Assembly (NCBI GenBank): GCA_024626585.2
Contig: JANKJI020000002.1
Location: forward strand, 9,108,021-9,131,757
Direction of reading: 5' to 3'
Length of the DNA stretch: 23,737 bases
Origin: Ginkgo biloba
Lineage: Eukaryota; Plantae; Ginkgophyta
Below are positions 1 to 11,392 of the stretch, one piece after another; the first letter of the stretch is position 1, and each line of letters starts with the position of its first letter. A program made the translations under genes and the position numbers. The notes under the pieces were generated by a model. It was not told the DNA's origin and did no database searches. It worked only from the letters and a program-made list of their open reading frames with translations.

Positions 1-722
1 GTTTTACGGATAGTATTTGTTTGTCTCACAAATAGTGTCCGACTGCCCCACAGGTAGTGTCTGATTGCAACCAGAGTTACAGATTGCAAGCATTCAATTA
101 CGAAGATCTCCTTGGGTTCTCTAAATTTTAGAAGAGGGTCCTCTCACAATGAGGCTGCAATTGAGAATATTGGGTATGAAATTCACAAAATTACCAATGT
201 ATGCATTGTTCATAAACTCTCATTACTATTGAGAACCTTGTGATAAAATTGCCTATGCAATCAATAACCATAAGCTCTCGTTGCTATTGGGAACCCTATG
301 ATGGATATGCACAACACACCTTAATAATTAAGGCTGCTTGTTAAGTTTTAGTTTGTCATTGAATGCAAAATTGGCCTTAACTGCAATATTGGAGATAAGT
401 TCTTATGGGCTTTTTACTAGCTCATCCAGAAATATCTAATTTGTTCTTCTGATTGTTTAGAATTATTTGATTGATTTTAACACGATTGTCTTGTTTAATT
501 GACCTATAAAATGTGCATTTTGTTGGACCAAAATTGCCGCACAAGCTCATGGTCATATAATGTCTTAAAATAATTTGATAAAAAGGTTTTATACTTCGTA
601 GTGAGGTAGGCATATTTGGATTATAACATCTTTCCTCATTGTTACATGCATAAAAGTTTAAAACTGTAACAACTTGGAATAGAAGTGATCATCGAGCAAA
701 AGTCCAATATTTGGAGAGGAGG

Positions 723-1677
723 ATGGCGAGTAGGTTTGGAAGTGTTTCAGGAAGGGGCAGAGGGCGTGTAGGGAGAAAGGGAGCAAGTGAGGTTGGGGAT
801 CAGCCTGCAGGAGGAGGAGGGGGCGCAAGTGGGGGTGGCGATGGCTTGGGTGGTGCCGTAGGGGGGGTGTAGATGGGGAAACCTGCGCGGGTGTTGACGC
901 TCACACAAGAGGTGGTGAAGCCGAGGGGGAGCCCCAAGCGGGTGGAGAGCCCCTGTGTGGGTGAGGAGCCCCGCGCAGGGATTGGTGGTAGTGTTGGGGG
1001 TGACCTCTGCTCAGGGTCCAAAGCAACAACAACCACGGTACAAACAAGGGGCATGGGTCCCCTCGGAGCAGCAAGTGCAGGGGGTAGTGCGAGCGCGGGA
1101 GCAGAAGGTGTCACTATTGAAATTGTCCAGTCAGAGAAAGAGCAGATCAACCAGGACAGGACCCAAGAGTTCAAAGGATATAATGTGGTCCTACGAGGAC
1201 AAATCAGCGAAAGAGGATGGTCAAGGATGGACATTGTTTACCAAAGAAGAAGCTAGTCTCGAGATCGCTCCCCAGTGGAGTTCATTCCTCTTAACTGTGT
1301 GGAGGGGAACAATTCTGTGCGTGCCATGGTTCGATCATTAAATGCCAAGTTTGCGGGTTCTGGAATATCCACCANNNNNNNNNNNNNNNNNNNNNNNNNN
1401 NNNNNNNNNNNNNNNNNNNNNNNNNNNNNNNNNNNNNNNNNNNNNNNNNNNNNNNNNNNNNNAGGTGAGGAAAATGAGACCATGCAGATGGATGAGCCCT
1501 GGGGTTTCGAGGGAGTTAAGCATCCCCAGAATGGCCCAAGGAACGACTTGCAGTCTGGACACCTTGCAATGGTGATAGTGGACCTGGAGGTGGCGATGGG
1601 AGAAGTAGAGCCTTTGGCCTCAGAGAAACTAGTGCCTGTAGCATAACCACATGGTGAGGACCCACCGACGCAGACCA
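723..1677 (+). mobile_element. GC-rich degenerate fragment, possibly LINE ORF1 (5' and C-terminal low-complexity parts)
   Basis: ATG at 723 opens a Gly/Arg-rich frame (MASRFGSVSGRGRGRVGRKG...) that continues into ORF 873-1256 through one in-frame TAG. 'EDGQGWTLFTK' resembles basic ORF1 C-terminal motifs. There is a sharp GC increase over the flanks, but no diagnostic domain is visible. Confidence 0.3.
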
Positions 1678-1777
1678 NNNNNNNNNNNNNNNNNNNNNNN
1701 NNNNNNNNNNNNNNNNNNNNNNNNNNNNNNNNNNNNNNNNNNNNNNNNNNNNNNNNNNNNNNNNNNNNNNNNNNNNN

Positions 1778-2450
1778 ACAGAGGGTAATCGATAGCCGAT
1801 AGACATCTAAGACACAGTATGATTGTTCATTTACATGATGGTTCAACTGTTTCAGACAGTTACAAACACTAAAACGATGTTCGAGGAAAAAGGGGTCGAA
1901 GATAGAATTAGTGTAGGAGAGACACTAGATAGCGGACAGAACTCAGAGAGAGAACTCAGTGGCAAGAGAACGATTAAGTACACTGGATTGAGGAAGAACG
2001 TCTTGGTGAGAGAACTCAGTTAGTAAGAGAGTGCGACTGAGTAGACTGACTGAGGAAGAATGAATTAGAGGAAGTTCCAGCGAGTCAAGAAGACAAAGAA
2101 TCTTGCAACACAGTGTGGACAAGAACTTGGACAATCGAGGCCCAAATTAGACCAACTGTGGGGAACAAAACCTTGTACTTGCTGTGTAAAGACCTGTGAG
2201 CTGTGAATCAAGAACAAGGGCATAAACATAGTCTACTATAATCCTTTTATGAGTTCATATTCTTAATGGAGTCTGGAGTTTTTCTACCCCAAGAGGTTTT
2301 TTTCCAATTAAAAAACATGTTGTCTTCTATGTATGAATTTCATGTGGTGTTTTAATTCCTTAAGTTCTTGAATGTTGTGGGTTCAAGTAATAATACTACC
2401 TGGAATTGACAAACATAGAAGTTAATCCGCTGAATCCATTGTAAGTGCCA
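1778..2450 (+). mobile_element. Probable LTR fragment (R/U5-like half)
   Basis: Non-coding, purine-rich, with a repeated 'gagagaactcagt' and a U5-like 'gagtttttctaccccaagaggttttttt cc' tract. The 5' end lies in a gap. No PBS was found after it. Confidence 0.3.
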
Positions 2451-4076
2451 TTGGGAGATTTTGATCCACCCATTGGAAAAACAGATCAACCAAACCCTTC
2501 CCAAAACACAGGGCTTTCAACTTTTGGAATTGAACATCATTGTATAGATGATAAATATGCTCCTCTATCCCCACTAACATCTCCAATGCACTATTCTATG
2601 AAAATTTAGTCGGCCAATTTTATTTTCTTTACTGAAAAATGATAGCCTCCTTCAATCTTTGATTCATAATCTCCTCAAACTATTGGTTCATGTATATGTC
2701 TTGCAATCGCTTCTAAAGGGATTTTTCTTCTATCTTCCATGGCTTCTCTGTTCCTACCAACCCATTAGCCATGCTCTCCACTGTCAGGGAAGTTGACCAT
2801 TGTATAGTTGGACTTGATTACCTCCTTGTCAACAAACTTAACGACTTGTTNNNNNNNNNNNNNNNNNNNNNNNNNNNNNNNNNNNNNNNNNNNNNNNNNN
2901 NNNNNNNNNNNNNNNNNNNNNNNNNNNNNNNNNNNNNNNNNNNNNNNNNNNNNNNCACATCTTTACTTGGTTGTCCAAATTGTGCAAACTCTTGATGAGG
3001 TGAATATCCAAAGTGTACTAGAAGAGGACTAAATTGTGTTTATACCCCTACCAACGAAGGAATTGTGAAAGTTACTGAAATTACATCATATTTCATTTCT
3101 TGGTTGAAATCATCAATTAAATCCTCTTAAGGTATTTTTGGCACTCCATTGTACTTTTTTTTGAAGAACTCTACCCTTTGTAACTCTACAAGTAGNNNNN
3201 NNNNNNNNNNNNNNNNNNNNNNNNNNNNNNNNNNNNNNNNNNNNNNNNNNNNNNNNNNNNNNNNNNNNNNNNNNNNNNNNNNNNNNNNNNNNNNNNNNNN
3301 NNNNNNNNNNNNNNNNNNNNNNNNNNNNNNNNNNNNNNNNNNNNNNNNNNNNNNNNNNNNNNNNNNNNNNNNNNNNNNNNNNNNNNNNNNNNNNNNNNNN
3401 NNNNNNNNNNNNNNNNNNNNNNNNNNNNNNNNNNNNNNNNNNNNNNNNNNNNNNNNNNNNNNNNNNNNNNNNNNNNNNNNNNNNNNNNNNNNNNNNNNNN
3501 NNNNNNNNNNNNNNNNNNNNNNNNNNNNNNNNNNNNNNNNNNNNNNNNNNNNNNNNNNNNNNNNNNNNNNNNNNNNNNNNNNNNNNNNNNNNNNNNNNNN
3601 NNNNNNNNNNNNNNNNNNNNNNNNNNNNNNNNNNNNNNNNNNNNNNNNNNNNNNNNNNNNNNNNNNNNNNNNNNNNNNNNNNNNNNNNNNNNNNNNNNNN
3701 NNNNNNNNNNNNNNNNNNNNNNNNNNNNNNNNNNNNNNNNNNNNNNNNNNNNNNNNNNNNNNNNNNNNNNNNNNNNNNNNNNNNNNNNNNNNNNNNNNNN
3801 NNNNNNNNNNNNNNNNNNNNNNNNNNNNNNNNNNNNNNNNNNNNNNNNNNNNNNNNNNNNNNNNNNNNNNNNNNNNNNNNNNNNNNNNNNNNNNNNNNNN
3901 NNNNNNNNNNNNNNNNNNNNNNNNNNNNNNNNNNNNNNNNNNNNNNNNNNNNNNNNNNNNNNNNNNNNNNNNNNNNNNNNNNNNNNNNNNNNNNNNNNNN
4001 NNNNNNNNNNNNNNNNNNNNNNNNNNNNNNNNNNNNNNNNNNNNNNNNNNNNNNNNNNNNNNNNNNNNNNNNNNNN

Positions 4077-4612
4077 AGATTTGAGATTACCCACATTGAT
4101 GACCTTATGAATCTCAAGATGAGCTTGTAAGAAACTGGATGTCCTCACTGCTTAAGTACAATTCCCAAGGTAAACTACGAGGCATCTACCTCAAAAGATT
4201 GTTGAACATTTGGAAGAGCAAGCACAAGTGTTGAGTTAGCTTCAAGTAGGTCATTAATCTAAGGAAGTTGATACTAGTTCTTAATTGTGATTTTGTTGAG
4301 AGCTCAATAGTTGATACATAAACACCATTTGCGATCCCTTTTAGAGACTAGAAGAGTAGGAGACACACAAGGAGATGTGTTGGGTTGGATGCGTCTATCT
4401 TCGATTAAGTGAGTGACTTGCCTTTGTAATTCTTCACTCTTAGACATAGATGTCTTATGAATTGGCTTGGTTGGCAGAGATGAACTTGGAAGAAGTTTAA
4501 TGGAATGCTGGATGGCTTGGCATGGCAGTAGACCCTTGGGTTCTTCAAACACATCACTATAAGAATCAAGAATAACATCCTTTTCCTTGGGGGATTGTAA
4601 TAGTTGAAACAT
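4077..4612 (-). pseudogene. Ty3/gypsy pol pseudogene (RT / RNase H / integrase remnants)
   Basis: SYSDVFEEPKGLLP..AIQHSIKLLPSS..EELQRQVTHLIEDRRIQPNTSPCVSPTLLVSKRDRKWCLCINY*ALNKITIKN*YQLP*INDLL is the RT start. It runs in frame into STLVLALPNVQQSFEVDAS*FTLGIVLKQ*GHPVSY (RNase H start), then in another frame HLEIHKVINVGNLK (integrase C-terminal HxVxNVxxLK motif). Confidence 0.92.
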
Positions 4613-5113
4613 ATTGATTCTAAGCTAATTGTACACAAAGCAATTTGCTTGGTAGTATTAGCAAGTTTAATAGCAGATTCCTTGCAAATTAGATCTTTGC
4701 CTATTCGCCTTGCAAAATATGCCACACATGCAAACACCACCTCCAAGTCTCAGTGTTGTGGTTGATGGAAATTTCATTTTTTGTTTGAGACAAAAATCAC
4801 GAATCCCCTTTAGTTCGATTTTTGGCATGTGTTGTAATGTCATAAAAATGCAATGTCTAGCACGTTTGACATTTTTCTCATTGGAATATGAAGGAGAAAG
4901 TATTCACATAGGTATTTTTTTGTACCAAAATAGTGGTTGAAATATATGTACCTTGAACAAAGATCCTTCAGTGTAGAGGGTGCCAACCCCTTGTTCTTTG
5001 TCTTTTGTCCCTGCAAATATGAAACATGAAGGACTTGGGAAGGGGACGTGATTGGGAGCCTAAAACTACCTTGGATATAAGGATATCAAGAAATGGAGTC
5101 CACAGATCTTGTG

Positions 5114-5125
5114 GCTTTGATACCA
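5114..5125 (-). promoter_or_regulatory. Primer-binding site (tRNA-iMet type)
   Basis: tggtatcaaagc, one mismatch from TGGTATCAGAGC, 4 nt after an LTR-like CA end. Confidence 0.85.
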
Positions 5126-7045
5126 AAATTGATGTGAGCAAAGTGAGAAGGGAAGGTTCTTTTGACTACAAAATGGAAAGAAAAATGCAAAACTTGCTCA
5201 GAGATTTTCAATGAATGTAGAAAATCTATTAAACTCCAACTATTTGTCCAAGGAATAGGGTGGCCATTATAGAGAGTGGCTCACCTCATGTTTGNNNNNN
5301 NNNNNNNNNNNNNNNNNNNNNNNNNNNNNNNNNNNNNNNNNNNNNNNNNNNNNNNNNNNNNNNNNNNNNNNNNNNNNNNNNNNNNNNNNNNNNNNNNNNN
5401 NNNNNNNNNNNNNNNNNNNNNNNNNNNNNNNNNNNNNNNNNNNNNNNNNNNNNNNNNNNNNNNNNNNNNNNNNNNNNNNNNNNNNNNNNNNNNNNNNNNN
5501 NNNNNNNNNNNNNNNNNNNNNNNNNNNNNNNNNNNNNNNNNNNNNNNNNNNNNNNNNNNNNNNNNNNNNNNNNNNNNNNNNNNNNNNNNNNNNNNNNNNN
5601 NNNNNNNNNNNNNNNNNNNNNNNNNNNNNNNNNNNNNNNNNNNNNNNNNNNNNNNNNNNNNNNNNNNNNNNNNNNNNNTGAGAATATTGTTGTCATATTA
5701 GTTGTGAACACATCAACCCAACAAACAATTCTTTCTCTTTGACACCTTGATTTGATTATCCCCATGTTGTCAATCTCTTGAATCATCATATGTACAAAAT
5801 TCCCTTAAAACAAGTATTTTGACTTCCTTGGAGACGATGCCATAAACTACTATTTTTGTTCTCATAGGGATGTCCTCCACTTTTGAAACTTCTTAAGCTT
5901 GAGTGAATGTACACATCCTACACCCATACTTCTCCCTTATTGTCATCAAATTCTTCCTTCAAATATTTGAGAATCTTTGCATCCTTTTCTTACATGGGAA
6001 ATATACATGGTTNNNNNNNNNNNNNNNNNNNNNNNNNNNNNNNNNNNNNNNNNNNNNNNNNNNNNNNNNTTTCCACCATTTCATCACGGGAGGAAAATGC
6101 ATCAAGTGCCAATTTGTTTGAGCTCCGCTTGGATTATGTGCACTATATCTCAATTGAGGGGCTCCTTGAGTTGTGTCAACTTTTTTTTTCTTAAGTATAA
6201 TCCTTGATGGAGATGCTTTTGTACCCTTAGTTTGTAATGAAATAATTGAGCAAGGGTAATTAACACTTGGTTAGTCAAAGGGTTAGGGCCATGTNNNNNN
6301 NNNNNNNNNNNNNNNNNNNNNNNNNNACACACGCACAACCACACAAACTTGATGCATTGTAACGAGAATATTATTATTGGATGTTATATGGTCATTGAGG
6401 ACCACTGTCCACTTGGCTTCCTCTTTTATTACTGTATGGCCTAACAAGATTTTTTCTCCTATAGTAATTCCCCCATGTATTCCTTGGACTTTTTGCCAAG
6501 AATGTCCATGTAACTGTCTTTACCCCGAAACCCTTCTCTGGTCGACTAATTCTTGATGTTGGACAAGAGGCTAGCCCTCCTTGTTCCCATTTAGACTTAA
6601 GATCACTACTAATTAGCTTACATAACTTCTTTCTATCATTTACCCATATTATCTTCCCTATATGGAGTTGTCATATTGTCAGCATGAGGAAAAGAGAAAG
6701 ATAGAAATGTTTTTCTCACAAGCAACCCATACAATTTTCAAAATGATGGAGTGTTCTCTTGTCTAATAACAACTCTATGGTGGATTTCTTTGAGAAAGTA
6801 ATACACCTCTTTGCAGACCTCTTGCTCCCTCCTACAAACAAGGCTACATTCTACCTTATCTAGATTTATTCAAACTCAAGCTTTTTCCCACTTAAGTCGA
6901 GTGACCATGTATGCTTCTATGCATGTCTCTTATCCATTATATTCAGGGATTTCCCCATCTTGTCCTCTTATTTTTTTCTCACTTGCTGCTAATTAGAGCA
7001 TCTTTTGAAAAAATGGGTGGTTATTTTTTATTTTGGGCATTGTCC

Positions 7046-7220
7046 AACTTTTCCCATTACAACTTCTCTCTAAGAAGCAACTCACCCCAAAATGACAACG
7101 TACTCCGAAAAAGAAGCTTATTTCCCAAAAACAACTTTTACCATAAAAGCAACTTACTCCAAAAAAGTAGCTTATTCCAAAAAAACATTTGGTTTGACAA
7201 AAAACAACTTTTCTCCAAAT
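7046..7220. repeat. Degenerate 18-bp tandem array (~9 units, consensus ~AACTTACTCCAAAAAAGC)
   Basis: Units start at 7061, 7079, 7097, 7115, 7133, 7151, 7169, 7187 and 7206, e.g. aacttctctctaagaagc / aactcaccccaaaatgac / aacttactccaaaaaagt. Confidence 0.85.
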
Positions 7221-7630
7221 CATCTCTAATTGTGTTTGAGAAAACCAATGCTTTTCTAATACTTGTCTTACTTTAGTAGTTTCATGTCCATTTTTTAGGA
7301 CATTTTTAGAATTTCTTGCCAACCCCAATTGCCATACCCATCACGGAATAAGTTTTTGGTGAAAACTTACTATTTTTGAATTGGCAAATACTTACAATTT
7401 TTAGAATTTATGGTTGCAATTTTTGTTTTCAACTGCAATTCCTCATCAATTTCCTTTTCACATATTGATCATTATCTAAAGACATTGTTTCTCAAGTAAA
7501 TTTTTTTTAGACTTTGTGCAAAATTTAGGCTGCCCCCTTTTCTATTCTCCATGTAATTATTCAAATGTTTGTTCTCCTTATTGTTATGACCCCCAATCTG
7601 AAATATAGGGAAAACTCCAGAAACATAATG

Positions 7631-7642
7631 GCTCTAATACCA
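7631..7642 (-). promoter_or_regulatory. Primer-binding site (tRNA-iMet type)
   Basis: tggtattagagc, 1 nt after '...cttaaca'. Confidence 0.8.
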
Positions 7643-8039
7643 TTGTTAAGNNNNNNNNNNNNNNNNNNNNNNNNNNNNNNNNNNNNNNNNNNNNNNNNNN
7701 NNNNNNNNNNNNNNNNNNNNNNNNNNNNNNNNNNNNNNNNNNNNNNNNNNNNNNNNNNNNNNNNNNNNNNNNNNNNNNNNNNNNNNNNNNNNNNNNNNNN
7801 NNNNNNNNNNNNNNNNNNNNNNNNNNNNNNNNNNNNNNNNNNNNNNNNNNNNNNNNNNNNNNNNNNNNNNNNNNNNNNNNNNNNNNNNNNNNNNNNNNNN
7901 NNNNNNNNNNNNNNNNNNNNNNNNNNNNNNNNNNNNNNNNNNNNNNNNNNNNNNNNNNNNNNNNNNNNNNNNNNNNNNNNNNNNNNNNNNNNNNNNNNNN
8001 NNNNNNNNNNNNNNNNNNNNNNNNNNNNNNNNNNNTAGA

Positions 8040-8230
8040 TGACCTCTGTTCAAATACTCTCTTCGCTAGAGTCTATTTATACCGATCAATAGGTTTCTGA
8101 GCCTGTAGAGGAGTTGCACCACTGAATGTTGATTTTTGATGCTTTGCCAAGAGACATAAATGCCCAATTAGCTAGATCCTTGAGTGATGTAGGGACAATT
8201 TTGTAGGTGTTCTTGAGCATTAAGAAGGGT
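8040..8230 (+). mobile_element. Possible LINE ORF2 fragment (region just before RT)
   Basis: ESIYTDQ*VSEPVEE..IFDALPRDINAQLARSLSDV..FLSIKKG loosely follows the L1 'LY...IP..IS...N..L...IS.EE..AL..M..GK' pattern; heavily decayed. Confidence 0.3.
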
Positions 8231-9299
8231 CACCGGAGTAGTTGTTTTGCACTATAAATCTCCAGATGGAATGCAGGGGTTATAGCTCGTGGATGAAGGA
8301 TATAGGTTGAATTGCTTCACAAGGGACATGGGATTACCACTTCATAGAAGGTATGGAATTACATAGATCACCTAGAGTAGAATCATGCATAGTGTAACAA
8401 CATTGGAGGAATGTGGATGACGTGTGACAGTTCGTAGGTTGAGCCACAAGAAGGGGCTTCAATCAAGAGGAAAGAACTCATAGAGGCACTACGACAGAGC
8501 CTGAGTGAACCCACCCTAATAAACCAAAATTGAACTTAAGATGTGAGGCTACTCTTAAAATGAGATGATGTCCAGACTACACACAACAAGAATTATGTCA
8601 CCAAGGTTTGGTCCTTATAGGAGACCATGCTCTTTGATGCTTAGGAGGATGAGCCTTGAGTTTGATTCTAAAATTTTTGTTATCAGGAATGCCCCAACAC
8701 ACCTTCTCCCTTACCTTATACTTTCTCCCCGTTTTCCAACTCCACATCTAAGTTGCATTTCCCTTCCATGTGCCTTTTTGGAAAATTTGTCATTTTTCCT
8801 TGCTACGGATTCTATCATCTTAGAAAGCACAAATTTTTCCCTTTGAACAATGCTTTTTTTTTTTTTTTATATCTGTGATAGTAAGTGTTGGCTGTAGAAA
8901 TCCCCACTACACTCAGGTTGATGCATGGCAAAAGAGATCTCTACCAACAACTTGAATTTTCAATTATTATGACGTTGAATTTAAAAATTAAAAGGATTTT
9001 TAGTCGAGAGAAAAAAATGTTGTGAGCTTGAAGCTTCGAAGATGGGAAGGAAGCTTAGGGTGGGAGTTGATTAACTCGTACAGAATCAAGTTGTAATAGT
9101 TAAGAGATTAGATTTGTAGGTAGGCAGGCTTTAAATTCTTTGTAATGGCCATTGTAGAGCCATTTGGCTCTTCGCAAGTTGGCACACAAGGTATGACGCA
9201 CATCGAGTCACAAGCTAGACCACAGGCAGAGCAAGATGGCACACAAGGGAGCTCGTGAATTTGTACCCAAGGTGTTCCACGAGGTGAGTCTAGTACTCC

Positions 9300-9930
9300 T
9301 CCCCCTCCCCTAGTTGTAGCTTTTGATTATGATAAAATTGATGTTGTTACTTATGCCTTTGCTTCAACTACGTTAATTGGCTTATCCTGTGCCAATAGGT
9401 TAAAGAGGTGTCGGAAGCCTTTGGTTGGAAGTTTTGTCCATTCGCTACCTTATTAGGGGATTTTACTCATTCACCTTTGATAGTGTATATTCTATGGACC
9501 AGGGGCTATTGCATGGTCCCTAGACATGTAGAAGAAATCTAGTAGTGTTGAACTGTTGGGTGGTTGATTTCTCTGTTGAGAATGTTGCGTGTTTTGCATG
9601 CTCGGTCTAGGTTGAGTTTTGTGGTTCCCTTTGTCTTTGGGTGAAATGCTTTGGGATATTTTAGCTTCCCATAGGGAACTTTATCTTCCATGATCCCCAC
9701 TAGATGTACAACCCTCGTCCTTATAAGAGGCTTTGTGTACAGGTGGACCTGTCCAAAGATCTTCCATTGGAAGTAATCTTGTTGTTTGGTTATAATNNNN
9801 NNNNNNNNNNNNNNNNNNNNNNNNNNNNNNNNNNNNNNNNNNNNNNNNNNNNNNNNNNNNNNNNNNNNNNNNNNNNNNNNNNNNNNNNNNNNNNNNCCAG
9901 TTTGCCTCTTTGCATCTCTCCTCACCCAAC
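9300..9930 (+). mobile_element. L1-clade LINE ORF1 pseudogene (DUF4283 region)
   Basis: LIRGFYSFTFDSVYSMDQGLLHGP*TCRRNLVVLNCWVVDFSVE..SV*VEF..LPIGNFIFHD..RPYKRLCVQVDLSKDLPLEVIL follows the plant L1 ORF1 pattern GFF.F.F...GPW...L..W...F...PVWV...IG...D...R.CV.VDLSK.LP. It carries several stops, and the zinc knuckle would lie in gap 9797-9896. Confidence 0.85.
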
Positions 9931-11083
9931 CAATTTGATCCTATTAAATTATGTGTTTATTGATGTGATTCCACATCAATACTCTTCTACAAAACCCAAT
10001 TGCTTAAGGTTGTTAAGATCCACGAAGTAATCTTCCATTTTCTTCATATCAAACACAAAAGGAATTCTGCCTTTTCCAGGTGAGAGTCAAAGTGTTTAGC
10101 CATGCCATCTCCAACCATGTCACACTCTCCCGAACTCGTGAACTCCTCCCATGTTTGAATTTCCAGCCTTTCTTGGTTTTGTATGTTTAAATCTAGTTAA
10201 TGTCATTATTGATTCATAGTCTCTTTGAGATGAAGGATAGTAGTTTGGATTTTCTCTTCATCATCTATTGGATTTAACCTGAAATTCTTGTTGAGCTTTT
10301 GAACCTGTGTCTTGCTCTTGTTCCCTTTTTTCTACCAGTGGAGTTTGGGATTTCCAACTTTGGTTTTTGGTATTGAGTTCCTCTGGGCGTAGTGTTACCC
10401 CTCTGATTCCTTAGTTTGCAGAATTCTCAAGGGAGGAGCATCTCTACATGCTTCTTCCAATCTTTCATATTCTCACCACAGCTGATGTAAATTATTTTGG
10501 TCCTGATTCCCTTCTCTGTCAAAATCCACAGGACCTCTGGCTTCCCTTCATCAATTCCTCCAAGGAACTACCTCATCCTCTGCTATTGGAGGGTTCTCAA
10601 TCCTTTCAACATCAATACGCTCGTTTTCTTACCACTCCCTATTTTTAGGCCGATTAACATTGATTTGCTGAAATAATTGTGCAAGCTCACACAATGCTCT
10701 ACCAACTTGCTTGTAGAGATTCATACACAGGCCTCAAATTTTCCTTTATGATTTCACATACCAAAGTGTCCTGTTTGGAATTTCGCCAGTTTCCCGTACT
10801 GGTTCCTGATAATCAGATCAAAAGTATTCTTTGCTGCCCACAGTGGCAGAACCAAAATCAATTTTAGGACCAGGTGTTACAAATCCACAATGTAAAAAGG
10901 AAGACCTTGATGCATGAAACAAGATCGGAAAAGTGAAACAAATGTGAAGTGCCTTTTCTTTTCAAATCCTTCTTGGATCTTCTAATCTGATTTGTTAGAT
11001 CTACTGGGTTTGTTGGTACAACACACAATAGCTCTCTTTTTGTCTAACGACCTTAATATATACAGCTACCTAAATATTATTTA

Positions 11084-11209
11084 TCAAACTTGATTGTTGA
11101 ACACTCCACTGCAAAGGTAGAATATTGGTTTCATTGAGCAAAGAAGGTTTAAAACGTATTTCTCAAACTTGATTGTTGAACACTGCATTGCAAAGGTAGA
11201 ATTTTGGTT
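11084..11209. repeat. 79-bp-period direct repeat in LTR-element leader
   Basis: tcaaacttgattgttgaacact(c/g)ca(c/t)tgcaaaggtagaat(a/t)ttggtt at 11084 and 11163; the second copy runs into a 100-N gap. Confidence 0.9.
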
Positions 11210-11392
11210 NNNNNNNNNNNNNNNNNNNNNNNNNNNNNNNNNNNNNNNNNNNNNNNNNNNNNNNNNNNNNNNNNNNNNNNNNNNNNNNNNNNNNNNNNNN
11301 NNNNNNNNNAGAATATTTCCCAAGAAAAACATATATAGCCAAAAATAAAACTAAAGAAAAATCATAGCTGAAAATTCAAGACTTGAAAAGAT

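Larger units (their letters stand above)
3196..5678 (-). mobile_element. Internally deleted Ty3/gypsy LTR retrotransposon (outer limits inside N gaps)
   Basis: On the minus strand: LTR end '...cacatCA' (5130), then PBS tggtatcaaagc (5125-5114), then pol remnants: RT N-terminus, RNase H start and integrase C-terminus. The LTR bodies probably fall in N-runs 3196-4076 and 5295-5678. Confidence 0.85.
6226..8035 (-). mobile_element. Small non-autonomous LTR retrotransposon (TRIM/LARD-like)
   Basis: On the minus strand: 5' LTR end '...cttaaCA' (7644; body in N-run 7651-8035), PBS tggtattagagc (7642-7631), ~1.18 kb interior with no gag/pol, PPT-like 'gggggaattac' (6474-6464), then a probable 3' LTR starting 't(a)taggagaaaaaatcttgttaggcc' (6463) and running to ~6226. 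The LTR pair cannot be compared because of the gap. Confidence 0.6.

Noticed and set aside
800-1234. Minus-strand Pro-rich 144-aa ORF (extensin-like)
   Set aside because: It is the antisense shadow of the G-rich + strand and has no gene structure.
2500-3195. Possible decayed TE coding remnant on the minus strand
   Set aside because: No frame gave a motif I could assign with confidence.
5679-6225. Possible Ty1/copia integrase-RT linker remnant on the minus strand (QLRYSAHNP resembling LRRSxR)
   Set aside because: Too decayed; no diagnostic motif could be confirmed.
3113-8053. Long ORFs in the track (e.g. 334, 320, 311, 167 and 157 aa)
   Set aside because: They are artefacts of reading through N-runs and consist almost entirely of X.
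10762-10805. Minus-strand 44-nt exon-like segment (atcag|GAACC...TTTG|gtatgt)
   Set aside because: Isolated, antisense to the host gene, no recognisable peptide, and sits between TE remnants; chance splice signals are likely.
7046-11209. CRISPR-like reading of the 18-bp and 79-bp repeats
   Set aside because: No conserved repeat/unique spacer structure, no cas genes, and the context is eukaryotic TE sequence.
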